Positions 10,040-19,134 of a stretch of 64,000 nucleotides of DNA are shown one piece after another; position 1 is the first letter of the stretch, and every line of letters begins with the position of its first letter. Both the position numbers and the translations under genes were made by a program. Source of the DNA: an uncultured Chloroflexia bacterium. GTDB lineage: Bacteria; Chloroflexota; Dehalococcoidia; DSTF01; JALHUB01. The notes under the pieces are model-generated. The model saw only the letters and a list, made by a program, of their open reading frames with translations, had not been told where the DNA came from and did no database searches. The DNA lies in the NCBI GenBank assembly GCA_963719465.1, contig OY970386.1:857451-921450 (forward strand). The letters are read 5' to 3'.

Positions 10040-10661
10040 CCGCAAGCAGGCGGCGCGCGAGGGTGACGGCGGCGCTGGCGTCGCGGCCGTAGCCGTCGGC
10101 CCCGATGCTGTCGGCGAAGGCCTGGGTGACGGGCGCGCCGCCGACCATGACCTTCAGCGACGGGTCGAGCTCTTTGAGGGCGTGGACGGTCTTCTCCATC
10201 GAGGGAAGGGTGGTGGTCAGCAGAGCGGATAGGCCGACGAGCCTGGCCCCGCTCGCGCGGACGGCTTCCATGAACTTCTCCGGCGCGACGTCGGCACCGA
10301 GGTCGACGACGGCAAAGCCGTTGCCTTCGAGCATGATGCCGACGAGCTTCTTGCCGATGTCATGCAGGTCGCCCTGAACGGTACCGATCACCGCTTTGCC
10401 GGCGGGCTCGTAGTCGCCGGCGATGAGCTGAGGCCGCAGAAGGTCGAGAGCGGCGTACATGGCGCGGGCGGCGAGCAGGAGCTCGGGGACGAAGTACTCG
10501 TTCTTCTCGAAGAGTTCGCCGACCTGGGTCATGCCGGGGATGAGGCCTTCGTTGAGGATGGTGTGCGCGGGCCGACCGGCGTCGAGGGCCTGCTGCGTGA
10601 GGGCGGCGGTACCAGGGGCGTCGCCTTCGATGAGGCTGCGGGTGATGTCGGCGAGCTCCAT
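10032..10661 (-). CDS. Cobalamin-binding corrinoid protein (methyltransferase cognate, MtbC/MtaC-like)
   Basis: B12-binding signature GDLHDIGK (DxHxxG), followed by the SALLTTT and VMVGG Rossmann motifs. Confidence 0.85.
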   Translation of the reverse strand: MELADITRSLIEGDAPGTAALTQQALDAGRPAHTILNEGLIPGMTQVGELFEKNEYFVPELLLAARAMYAALDLLRPQLIAGDYEPAGKAVIGTVQGDLHDIGKKLVGIMLEGNGFAVVDLGADVAPEKFMEAVRASGARLVGLSALLTTTLPSMEKTVHALKELDPSLKVMVGGAPVTQAFADSIGADGYGRDASAAVTLARRLLADA

Positions 10662-10767
10662 TTCTATCCCGGCCTGTCGCGTCGGAGGATGGCGCGGAGG
10701 GTTGCGGCAGGCAATTCAGCCTACCTGATTGGTCGAACGGCGGTCAACCCCAGCGCCGAGAGTGGCG

Positions 10768-10795
10768 CCGAGGCTGGAAAGCCTCGGCTACGTTA
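10768..10795 (+). repeat. REP-like hairpin + CTAC element
   Basis: CCGAGGCT GGAA AGCCTCGG followed by CTACGTTA. Confidence 0.6.
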
Positions 10796-10815
10796 GGATG
10801 GCTGCCAGTTTGCCG

Positions 10816-10844
10816 CCGGGGCTGGAAAGCCTCGGCTACGTTAT
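10816..10844 (+). repeat. REP-like hairpin + CTAC element (second copy)
   Basis: CCGGGGCT GGAA AGCCTCGG CTACGTTATT, 48 bp after the first copy. Confidence 0.6.
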
Positions 10845-10934
10845 TCTTGATAGGGGCTCGGCCGCGCCGTCTTTCGGTCGTTGACGGGGGCGAGGGGCGG
10901 GCTTAGATTGGGATGGCGAAGGAGGCGGGCGAGC

Positions 10935-11606
10935 GTGCCGCTTGTCACAGGTCTGGAGATCGAGGTTGAGCGCGACGTGGCGCTGGGCCTGCTGCGTCGT
11001 CGGCCGGGTGCGATGGGCGCGGACGACGCGTGGTCGCGGGCGGTCGACGCGGCGCTGGCGGAGGGCAGGCGGCTGTGGCAGCCGGCGATAGCGTATGAGG
11101 CGTTCCCGATAGCGGGGGGCGAGCCGTCGCGTTTGCTTATCGGCGAGGGCGTGGCGTTGGAGAGCAGGGTCGTTGCGGCGCTGTTCGGGGACGCCCGCGA
11201 AGTGGTGCTCATGGTGTACACGATCGGTCCGGCGCTGGAGGCGCGGATCGACGAGCTGACGGCGCAGCGTGAGTACCCGGCGGCGTTCGCGCTCGATGCG
11301 GTTGGGTCGGCGGCGCTGGGGAAGACGGGCGAGGCAGGCTATGCGCTGATTGAGGCGATGGCGAAGGCACGTGGGGTAAAGGCGAGCATTCCGCTCAATC
11401 CAGGGACGAGCCACTGGCCGCTTTCGGGGCAGCGCCTGATCGCGGAGATGGTGGGAGCGCGGGAGATAGGCGTTGAGGCGCGGGAATCGGGGGTACTGCA
11501 CCCGTTCAAGAGCATCGCCTTCGCGGTGGCGCTGGGCGAGGAGGTGCTGACGCCGGCGGAGGGTTCGTCGTGCGACTACTGCGAGCGACGGGATTTGTGT
11601 CTGTAG
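10935..11606 (+). CDS. Methionine-synthase activation-domain-like protein (vitamin-B12-dependent MetH activation region family)
   Basis: Call rests on overall resemblance and its position next to the corrinoid protein. GTG 10935 lies 9 nt after GAAGGAGG. C-terminal CDYCERRDLC. Confidence 0.55.
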   Translation: MPLVTGLEIEVERDVALGLLRRRPGAMGADDAWSRAVDAALAEGRRLWQPAIAYEAFPIAGGEPSRLLIGEGVALESRVVAALFGDAREVVLMVYTIGPALEARIDELTAQREYPAAFALDAVGSAALGKTGEAGYALIEAMAKARGVKASIPLNPGTSHWPLSGQRLIAEMVGAREIGVEARESGVLHPFKSIAFAVALGEEVLTPAEGSSCDYCERRDLCL

Positions 11607-11654
11607 GGGGCTTCGGCGGAAAGGTCGGGGGCGGGGCGTGCTGGATTCATCTTA

Positions 11655-11683
11655 TTGTCAAATCCGAGGTCGTGTGGTAAACT
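11655..11683 (+). promoter_or_regulatory. Putative sigma70-type promoter with extended -10
   Basis: TTGTCA, 17-nt spacer, TGG TAAACT. About 100-nt leader before the GTG at 11787. Confidence 0.4.
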
Positions 11684-11786
11684 ACGTCCGATTGGTCAGA
11701 TTTCCGCGTCTTCAGTCGTCGCGAAGGGTCCGCCCGATTCGCTCGCACTCGATGACAAGGAAGCAAGTAACTAAGGAGGTCGTCGA

Positions 11787-12119
11787 GTGCCTTACACCGA
11801 CAGAGATTTAACGTGCGTCGATTGCGGCGCGACATTCACGTTCTCGGCAGAGGACCAGGAGTACCACGCGAGCCGCGGCTTTACGAATGAGCCGAAGCGC
11901 TGCCCGACTTGCCGTTCGGCGCGGAAGGCCGAGCGAGGCGGATCGCGCGGCGGCGGCAGCTTCGGCGGGGGCGCCGGTGGACGACGGCAGATGTTCCCGG
12001 CGGTCTGCGCTGAGTGCGGCCAGGCTACGGAGGTCCCGTTCGAGCCGCGAGGAGACCGTCCGGTCTACTGCTTCGATTGCTTCTCGCGCCGCTCTCCGAG
12101 CAGGCCAGCGCGATTCTAA
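11787..12119 (+). CDS. Zinc-ribbon protein with two CxxC pairs per half and a Gly/Arg-rich linker
   Basis: CVDCG...CPTCR and CAECG...CFDCF. RBS AAGGAGG upstream of GTG. Confidence 0.7.
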   Translation: MPYTDRDLTCVDCGATFTFSAEDQEYHASRGFTNEPKRCPTCRSARKAERGGSRGGGSFGGGAGGRRQMFPAVCAECGQATEVPFEPRGDRPVYCFDCFSRRSPSRPARF

Positions 12120-12132
12120 GAAGGGACCGCAT

Positions 12133-12333
12133 TTGTTCGTAGAGCTCAGAGAAGGCGAAACTCAGGAACATTTGTTATCCCGTTTCCGGCAGACGATGCA
12201 GCGAAACGGGGTGCTAAGGGAGATCAAGAAGCGGCGCCACTTCATCTCGAAGTCTGAGGTGCGGCGTCTGGCGAAGGCCAAGGCGACGCGTCGGGCTCGA
12301 AAGAAGATAGCGAGAGCGACGACCAGGGTCTAG
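12133..12333 (+). CDS. rpsU: 30S ribosomal protein S21
   Basis: (M)FVELREGETQEHLLSRFRQTMQRNGVLREIKKRRHFISKSEVRRLAKAKA. TTG start inferred. Confidence 0.8.
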   Translation: MFVELREGETQEHLLSRFRQTMQRNGVLREIKKRRHFISKSEVRRLAKAKATRRARKKIARATTRV

Positions 12334-12413
12334 CTGGCGTCCCTGCCGTTAGACCCCAGCCTCATCGATCAGGCCGATCCCCTTCTGACCGTGTATTCCT
12401 CGGATAGACGCGC

Positions 12414-12779
12414 CTAGGCAGCGTTCGTATCGGGCTGCCAGAGGGCGAACGGGTTGCCATCCGGGTCCTCGCAGATTGCGAACCAGCCCATCTTGGGCAC
12501 GGGGCGCTTGTCCATCATGACTTTCCCGCCCAGGGAGGTCACCTTCTTGGAGAAGTCGTCAACGGATTCCACGCCGATGTAGTTGAGCGGGCACTGCCAG
12601 CCTTCCATCCTGGCCATCATGCCGCCGTTCGGGCCGGCCTCGCCGTCGCCGGTGCGGATGAGCCAGTAATCCATCCCCGGGTCTTTCTCGATCTTCCAGT
12701 CGAAGAGGCCGCTGTAGAACGACGCGAGCTTTGGAGGGTCGTTTGCCGGGATCTCGAAGTGGACGATTGTGCGGTTCAC
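12414..12779 (-). CDS. VOC (glyoxalase/bleomycin-resistance) family protein
   Basis: HFEIPANDP...FYSGLFDW...GWFAICEDPDGNPFALWQ. Confidence 0.8.
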   Translation of the reverse strand: MNRTIVHFEIPANDPPKLASFYSGLFDWKIEKDPGMDYWLIRTGDGEAGPNGGMMARMEGWQCPLNYIGVESVDDFSKKVTSLGGKVMMDKRPVPKMGWFAICEDPDGNPFALWQPDTNAA

Positions 12780-12831
12780 GTTTCGCCTCCACCGTTTCTT
12801 GATTCAGACCGTCGAGAGCAGGCGGGGCGCG

Positions 12832-13404
12832 CTACAGACGGCTCTCCACGGCCTCGCGGTCCACGTTGCGCAGGAAGGCTTCGATGTAGTCGGCGCGCTT
12901 CAGGCCGTAGTCGAGCATGAAGGCGTGCTCGAAGACGTCCATGACCAGGATTGGAATGCAGCCGGCCAGGTGGTTGTTCTGGTGCTCGTTGATCCACTGG
13001 TTGATGAGAGCGCCTGAAGCGCCGTCGCGGTAGAGGATGGCCCAACCTATGCCGCGCATGGCGCCGACTCCTTTGAAGTCGGCGAGCCAGGCGTCGAAGC
13101 CGCCGAAGTCGGGCGCGACGGCCTGGGAGAGCTTCTGCGACTGGGCGAGGTCGCCCTTGCCGCCGAGGTTCTCGAAGTAGTACTCGTGCAGGCGCATGCC
13201 GTCCCATTCGAAGCCGAGGCGGCGCTTGAGCTCGGCGAACTCGGGGGTGGCGTGCTTGCCGTCCTTCGCCATCTGGGCGAGGGTATCGCGGAGCTTGTTG
13301 GTGTTGGTGACGTAGCCCTGGTAGAGGGTGAAGTGGTTCTTCAGCAGGGTTTCGCTGAAGCCGTCCATGCCGATGAGACGAGAGTAGTCCTTCGCTTCGT
13401 ACAC
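12832..13404 (-). CDS. Fe/Mn-family superoxide dismutase
   Basis: NHFTLYQGYV...WAIL...DVFEHAFMLDY metal-ligand motifs. GTG start 8 nt after AAGGAGGG. Confidence 0.85.
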   Translation of the reverse strand: MYEAKDYSRLIGMDGFSETLLKNHFTLYQGYVTNTNKLRDTLAQMAKDGKHATPEFAELKRRLGFEWDGMRLHEYYFENLGGKGDLAQSQKLSQAVAPDFGGFDAWLADFKGVGAMRGIGWAILYRDGASGALINQWINEHQNNHLAGCIPILVMDVFEHAFMLDYGLKRADYIEAFLRNVDREAVESRL

Positions 13405-13464
13405 TTGTGGAACCCTCCTTTGTCTTTCTTGCCGTTGCCCGACGTTCCGGTCGGGTGATTTCCT

Positions 13465-13926
13465 TCAGGCGGCGGCCCGATGGGCTAGCCAGCCCCTGAT
13501 CTGGTCGGCGTGGGTGTTGAAGTGGCCGTTTTCGGCCAGGAGTCTGCTGGCGGTCTTCCCCGGGCCGAAGCGCTCTTCTGGGAGCGCCTCGGCGGCGGCG
13601 TGGAAGGTGGCGACGGCCTCGTCGAGCTCGCGAATCACCTGCGCCTTGGTCTTGTTCCGCGCCTCGTGCGCAAAGTGTTCGTTCCAGGCCTGCACGTCCG
13701 ACCAGTCGACGCCTTCCGGCGAAGGGCGCTCGCCGCGGCCCATGCGCTCGAGGGCGATGGTGAACTGGCGGTGCCAGCCGGCGAGGTGAGCGACGATCTC
13801 GCGGACGCCCCAACGGCCGTCCAGCCAGCGCTCTTCGAACTGGGGCTCGGCGATGGGCTCGACGAGCGAGCGGAAGCGGCGGTAGGCGCCGTCATGCCAG
13901 TCGAGCTCCTCGCGTTTGGTAGGCAC
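13465..13926 (-). CDS. DinB/mycothiol-maleylpyruvate-isomerase N-terminal-like four-helix protein
   Basis: REIVAHLAGWHRQ...NEHFAHEA...HADQIRGW His-rich pattern. Confidence 0.6.
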   Translation of the reverse strand: MPTKREELDWHDGAYRRFRSLVEPIAEPQFEERWLDGRWGVREIVAHLAGWHRQFTIALERMGRGERPSPEGVDWSDVQAWNEHFAHEARNKTKAQVIRELDEAVATFHAAAEALPEERFGPGKTASRLLAENGHFNTHADQIRGWLAHRAAA

Positions 13927-13967
13927 TCGCTGTTCCCCCTGCCGGCGAGGTTATCGGGAAGTGGCGC

Positions 13968-14165
13968 TCAGGCCGCCTTCTCCTCACGCATTGATTCTGT
14001 TTCGAAGAGGGGCCGGTTGTCAACGACGGCGTGGTGCTGGTTGGCGACTCGGCGGAAGCCGCACTGCAGGCAGACAACGTCCCAGCTGCCGGGCGGGTCG
14101 TATTCGAGTCCGAGGTTGCCGTGGCAGCGCGGGCATCTCGCTTGGGAGTTCCAGCTTGGCTTCAT
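13968..14165 (-). CDS. Small zinc-ribbon protein (paralogue of 16143..16367)
   Basis: MKPSWNSQARCPRCHGNLGLEYDPPGSWDVVCLQCGF. Strong RBS AAGGAGG 6 nt upstream of ATG 14165. Confidence 0.6.
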   Translation of the reverse strand: MKPSWNSQARCPRCHGNLGLEYDPPGSWDVVCLQCGFRRVANQHHAVVDNRPLFETESMREEKAA

Positions 14166-14215
14166 CTTGTTCCTCCTTGTGTTAATGATGCGGCGGAATG
14201 AGCATCCATGCTCAC

Positions 14216-15733
14216 TCACGCCGCAGCAGGTGCCGGTTTGGTGTCATTGATAGACGCCAGGTCTTCGAGCTGGACCTGGAGCCAGCGTCCGATATCGTGC
14301 TTGAGAACGGCGCGTCGCAGGAGGGCGGCGCGCTCGCGGCGTTCGCCTTCCGGCAGGGTGAGGGCGGTGTGCAGGGCGTCCGCGGTGGCTTCGATGTCCT
14401 CCGGGTCGACGCCGATTGCGCCGCCGCGCAACTCTTCAAACGAGCCGGCGGCCTCCGAAAGGACGAGGGCGCCGTCGCGGCGGTTGAGGACGGGGCCCTC
14501 CTTGGAAACGAGGTTCATGCCGTCGATTAGCGGGTTGACCATGAGCACGTCGTACAGGCTGAGGGCGACGAGCGCCTGGAGGCGGTTGTGCTCGTAAAAC
14601 AACTTGATAGGCGCCCAGCTCTTCGTGCCGTGGCGAGCGTTTATTTCGTCGGCGAGGGCAATGACCTGCTCGGCATAGGAGCGATACTCTGGGATGGACT
14701 CGCGCGACGGGACGAGGAAGGAGAGCATGCGGACGCGGCCAAGCCACTCCGGGTGCGACTGGAGGAGGCGGTCGAAGGCGCGGAAGCCGGCGTCGACGTT
14801 CTTGCTGGGGTCGAGGCGGTCGACGCGAACGATGGTCTTCACGGCGGTTTCGGCGGTGAGGCTGGCGAAGTAGGGCCTGGCCTCCGGCGACGAGAGCTGC
14901 GAGCGGAGGTCGAAGACGTCGACGGAGATGGGGTTGACGGAGACGCGCGTCCGGCGGCCGCGGTAGGTGACGATGCCCTCTGTGAAGTCGACACGGGCGG
15001 CCGGGAAGAAGGCCCAGCAGGTGAGGAGGAAGTCCTGCGCCCACTTTTCGGTCTGGAAGACGACGCTGTCGTTGGCGAGGAGGCCTTCGCAGATGGAGTC
15101 GACGATCTGGCGCGGGAGGTCCTGCCAGGCTTCGAGGCCGGGCCAGGGAATATGGATGAAGTGCTGAAGGGCGGCGCCGGGACACAGGTTTCGGATGAAG
15201 AGGGGCGCGGCGTAGAGGTGATAGTCATGCAGCATGACGGAGCCGCAGTTGCGACCGCTGCGGAACTCGCCGGCGGCCACTTCGGCGATGGCCTGATTGA
15301 CGGGCAGGTAGCCGTGCTCCCAGGCGTGAAGCGCTTCGGCGCGTGGGTCGGGGCGACGCAGCCGGTTCCAGAGGGAGTGCTGAAGGAACCAGAGCATCGG
15401 GTTGCAAAAGGTGCTGTAGAAAAGGTCATAGGCTTCGCGAGGGGGCGCAACCAGGCGAAGACTGGCGCCTTGGCCGAAGTCGACGAGGCCGCCGGCAAGG
15501 GCGACGTCGCGGTCGGCTTCGCTGGCGGCGCTGGCGATCCAGCTTACGGGCGTCGAGTTGGCGACGGAAGTGAGGGCGCTGGCGACGCCGCCTCTGGCCG
15601 GGCGGCGGCGAAGGCGGCCAGCATCGTCATGATAGTACTCGACGGGGGCGCGATTGCTTACGATCAGGAGCGGCTGCTGCGGCGCCAGGATGCTGGGCCT
15701 GGTATACAGAGCCGGTCGGGTATAGGTAGGCAC
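14216..15733 (-). CDS. otsA: Alpha,alpha-trehalose-phosphate synthase (GT20)
   Basis: LLIVSNRAPVEY..., HDYHL, and VRVDRLDPSKN...LVPSRESI motifs. GTG 15733 is the proposed start. The listed ORF extends to 15871. Confidence 0.85.
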   Translation of the reverse strand: MPTYTRPALYTRPSILAPQQPLLIVSNRAPVEYYHDDAGRLRRRPARGGVASALTSVANSTPVSWIASAASEADRDVALAGGLVDFGQGASLRLVAPPREAYDLFYSTFCNPMLWFLQHSLWNRLRRPDPRAEALHAWEHGYLPVNQAIAEVAAGEFRSGRNCGSVMLHDYHLYAAPLFIRNLCPGAALQHFIHIPWPGLEAWQDLPRQIVDSICEGLLANDSVVFQTEKWAQDFLLTCWAFFPAARVDFTEGIVTYRGRRTRVSVNPISVDVFDLRSQLSSPEARPYFASLTAETAVKTIVRVDRLDPSKNVDAGFRAFDRLLQSHPEWLGRVRMLSFLVPSRESIPEYRSYAEQVIALADEINARHGTKSWAPIKLFYEHNRLQALVALSLYDVLMVNPLIDGMNLVSKEGPVLNRRDGALVLSEAAGSFEELRGGAIGVDPEDIEATADALHTALTLPEGERRERAALLRRAVLKHDIGRWLQVQLEDLASINDTKPAPAAA

Positions 15734-15822
15734 CTGAGTTTCCTTTCGTTGCGCCTGGCGATTAGACGAGCAGCCAGCGCCCGATGACGGCCGGCGCCCG
15801 ATTGTTCTGAGATCCCGTCGCA

Positions 15823-16137
15823 CTAGCCTGCCACCGGCCGGTCGGCTGACGGGAATCCGAGCACGCGGCATGATCGTGAACCCGAGACGGTTAGCGCAGC
15901 CGTCGCGGGGGATGATTCAAAATAGTCGTCTTGCCTGGCCCGATCTTCGAGGGTCTGGAAGGTCAAGGCGACGTCGCTGACGAAGTCGGCCGGCCCGCTG
16001 TGATTGCGGCCGTCTTTGACCAGCAGGATAGAGACGAGCAGGAGAGCATCCTTCTCCAAGCCGGCTACGTTCGGTATGGTCCGACCGGCTCTGCGGTCAG
16101 CAAGGCGACAGACTTTTCCGCGGGCCATTTTCGTCAT
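15823..16137 (-). CDS. Hypothetical protein, translationally coupled to the upstream zinc-ribbon gene
   Basis: ATG is 5 nt after the stop of 16143..16367. No recognisable motif. Confidence 0.4.
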   Translation of the reverse strand: MTKMARGKVCRLADRRAGRTIPNVAGLEKDALLLVSILLVKDGRNHSGPADFVSDVALTFQTLEDRARQDDYFESSPATAALTVSGSRSCRVLGFPSADRPVAG

Positions 16138-16142
16138 CTTTC

Positions 16143-16367
16143 TCAAGCAACCCTAACTCGTCGCTCGCAGGCCGAGAGCCTGAGCGAGGCCATCGGCAGC
16201 GGCACCGGCGGGGCGGGGCTGTAGTTGCTGGGGGACGCCATGACGCCTGCCAGCGGTTCCTGAAGAATGTGACCGCACTGGATGCAGGATACGGACGGTC
16301 CGTAATAGTCCGAGTCTAGAAACAGGTCTCCGCGACAGCGCGGGCAGGCTTTCAACCACATCATCAT
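16143..16367 (-). CDS. Small zinc-ribbon protein (paralogue of 13968..14165)
   Basis: MMMWLKACPRCRGDLFLDSDYYGPSVSCIQCGH. RBS AAGGAG upstream. Confidence 0.6.
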   Translation of the reverse strand: MMMWLKACPRCRGDLFLDSDYYGPSVSCIQCGHILQEPLAGVMASPSNYSPAPPVPLPMASLRLSACERRVRVA

Positions 16368-16676
16368 CCATACTCCTTTCCGTCTTCCCTGGCGTTCCTT
16401 TCCTTACCCGGCGGTCCTTCTTCCGATCGGTCCCGGTGGTACTGAAACCTGGCTCAATCTTAGGCCGGAGGCATGAACGTTGTATGAACGGGGCATCGGT
16501 TTCCATGAAGGAAATGTGAATGAAGCGCCTCTTGCTGATACAAATGACATATGCGTTTAAGATGATATCCACAATCTGAGGACAGCGATCCGTTACGTCG
16601 TTGTCAGTCGCTATCTGTGGTTGTAGGGAGAAAGCAAGCCGGAGTTACGCCGCAGTATCTGAGGGAGCAGTTCCTT

Positions 16677-17237
16677 CTATTCTTTGACCATCCTGTAGCC
16701 GATCTGCCGTTCCGTGAGGATGTAGCGCGGGTTCTTTGCGTCGTCGTTGAGCTTATGGCGGAGGTTGCGTATGAAGGAGCGGACGAGCTCGGTCTCGCCG
16801 GCGTATTCGGCGCCCCAGACGCGCTGAAGGATCTGGTCGAAGGTGAGGACGAGGCCGGCATGGGTAGCGAGCTCGTAGAGCAGCTTGTACTCGGTTGCGG
16901 AAAGGGATATATCCTGGCCGTTCAGGCTGACGCGCCGTTCGGCGAAGTTAATCGTCAGGTCTTTTACGCTGAAAGGCGGCCGCGATTCGGTGAGACCGGG
17001 CAGGGAGCGACGGCGCAAGGCGGCCCCGATTCGGGCGAGAAGCTCGGAGGGGGCAAACGGCTTGGTGACGTAGTCGTCGGCGCCCATTTTGAGGGCGCGG
17101 ACGGTGTCCTCGCTGCTGTCGCTGGCGGTGAGGAAGATGACGGGAGCGGCGGAGAACTCGCGGATGCGGGCAAGCAGGTCGAAGCCGCTGACGCCGGGGA
17201 GGCGGAGGTCAAGGAGGATGAGGTCGGGCTGTTCCAT
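16677..17237 (-). CDS. OmpR/PhoB-family response-regulator portion, counted from the first ATG. The REC domain actually begins upstream near 17330
   Basis: DLILLDLRLPGVSGF, FLTASD, KPF, then the winged helix LSATEYKLLYELA...RYILTERQIGYRMV. Confidence 0.6.
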   Translation of the reverse strand: MEQPDLILLDLRLPGVSGFDLLARIREFSAAPVIFLTASDSSEDTVRALKMGADDYVTKPFAPSELLARIGAALRRRSLPGLTESRPPFSVKDLTINFAERRVSLNGQDISLSATEYKLLYELATHAGLVLTFDQILQRVWGAEYAGETELVRSFIRNLRHKLNDDAKNPRYILTERQIGYRMVKE

Positions 17238-19027
17238 CTCGACGAACTTGGTGACCTGGGCGGGATCGCTGGTGACGAGGCACTGGTAGCCGGCCTGGTC
17301 GAGGGAATGCTGGAGGTAGCGCAGGATCGGCAGCTCGTCGTCGACGGCGAGGACGCGGGGTCTTTCGCCTCGACGGACGCCGGCGGGCGCGGAAACGGGC
17401 GTCGCCGCCGGGCGAGCCGGGCTCTCAGCGGCAAGGGGCAGGGTGAAGGAGAAGACGGAACCCTTGCCTTCGCCTTCGCTTTCGGCCCAATCCGGCCGCC
17501 GTGGGCTTCGACGATGCCCTTGCTGATGGCGAGGCCGAGGCCGGTGCCGACACGGAAGGCGGGGCCATCGTGGACCTGGGAGAATTTCTGGAAGAGAAAC
17601 GGCAGTTTCGCGGGGACGATTCCCTGGCCGCGGTCCCGGACGCGAACGGTGGCGTGAACGGGATCGTGCTCGACGGCGATTGTTATGGGCAAGTCCGGCG
17701 AGGCGAACTTGGCGGCGTTGTTGAGCAAATTGCTCAGGACCTGAACGAGTCGGCGCTTGTCGGCGTTGACGGGGGGCAAGTCTTCTGGCATTTCGACGTT
17801 GACAGGGTGGGGGCGGCCGGCGCGAGCGAGCGTTGCTTTCGCCTCGTCGATGGCGTCGGCGAGGTTGATGGGCTCGGGCTTGACGGAGAGGGAGCCGGCC
17901 TCGATGCGGCTCATGTCGAGGAGGTTGTCGGCGAGGTCACGCAGGCGGTCGGACTGCTCGTCGATGATCTGGAAGAGTTCGCGGCCTTCCTCCAGGTCGA
18001 GCGGGCGGGGGCTGTGGAGGGCGGTGGCGGCGGAGCCCTTGATAGCGGCAAGCGGCGTCTTCAGCTCGTGGGTGACCATGGCAAGGAACTCGTTGCGGAG
18101 GCGCTCCATGTCCTCCATGGCGCGAACGCGCTCGGTCACGTCCCGGACGATGCCCTGGATGGCGACGGGCTTGTCGTCCACCAGGATGGGAGCGTTGTGG
18201 TGCTCGATCCAGAGGGAGCGGCCGTCCTTGTGCTGGCAGCGGAGGATGATCGGGCCGGTGAACGTTGTAGGCTCGGTGTGCATCTTGTCTATTAGCGGCT
18301 GGTCATCGGGGTGGACGATTTTGTGGTCGAGGTCGGGGTCGGCGAGCCACTCTTCGCGCTCGTAGCCAAATAGATCGGTCATGGCGGGACTGACGTACTC
18401 GTAGCCGGGCGGGTCGAGGCGAAAGCGGTAGATGCCGTCGGTTGCGTATTCGGCGAGGAGGCCGTAGCGCTCCTCGCTTTCGCGGAGGGCCTGCTCGGCG
18501 GATTGCTGGGCGCGACGGCGTTCAGTAGTCTCGTCGATCTGGACCACGTAGCCCTTTACACCGCCGTCGTTCTTGGAACCGAGGGGTGTGACGACCACGT
18601 TCAGGTAGATGGACCCTGAGCGCGAGGTGGGGTAGAGGTTAGCCGCTTTGATCTTCTCGAAGTCGAACTCGATTTCGCCGCGGACGGTGTCGCCGCGACG
18701 GAGGGCGGCTTTCGCCTTGTCGGAAAGGCCTGGGTGGTCGGCGATGCTGAGGCCTCGGAGGTCGTCGACGCTGTTGACGCCGGCGGTTTCGAGGAAGGCC
18801 TGGTTGGCGTCGATGAGGCGGCCGACGGCGTCGTAGATCTCGATGGCGACGGGCGAGCCGGTGAAGAGGGACTGGAAGAGGCGACCGGTCATTTCGGCGT
18901 CGTAGACAGGGGTTACGGGCGCGGGCGGCTCTTTGGAAGGCGCTGTCGTTTGTTTTTCGCGGGTCATGTGCGTGCTTTTGGTCATTCCTTCACGTTCAGG
19001 GCTGCAAAGACCTTGACAACCTACCAT
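16677..19027 (-). pseudogene. PAS-PAS sensor histidine kinase that continues in frame, after a 1-nt correction at about 17489-17491, into an OmpR-type response regulator
   Basis: H-box MVTHELKTPL, N/G boxes, ...GTGLGLAISKGIVEAHGGRI, then the frame is lost. The -1 frame gives WAESEGEGKGSVFSFTLPL + linker + RVLAVDDE...LLDLRLPG...KPF + wHTH ...IGYRMVKE, with no stop or canonical start between. Confidence 0.75.
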
Positions 19028-19134
19028 AGCATTCCTGTGCGCGTTGTCAACCCCGAACCGAGCAAGGACCGGCCTTAGCCGATGGACGCCACGACCGTCG
19101 GGGATTCCGGCGACAGGCGCGTGTCACGAATATG

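Noticed and set aside
15734-15871. N-terminal extensions of otsA (to 15871), ku (to 27516), the metallophosphoesterase (to 42757), the response regulator (to 28600) and the cohesin-like gene (to 61287).
   Set aside because: The extensions are Arg/Pro-rich, lack homology-like sequence, and better-placed starts with an RBS or paralogue support exist downstream.
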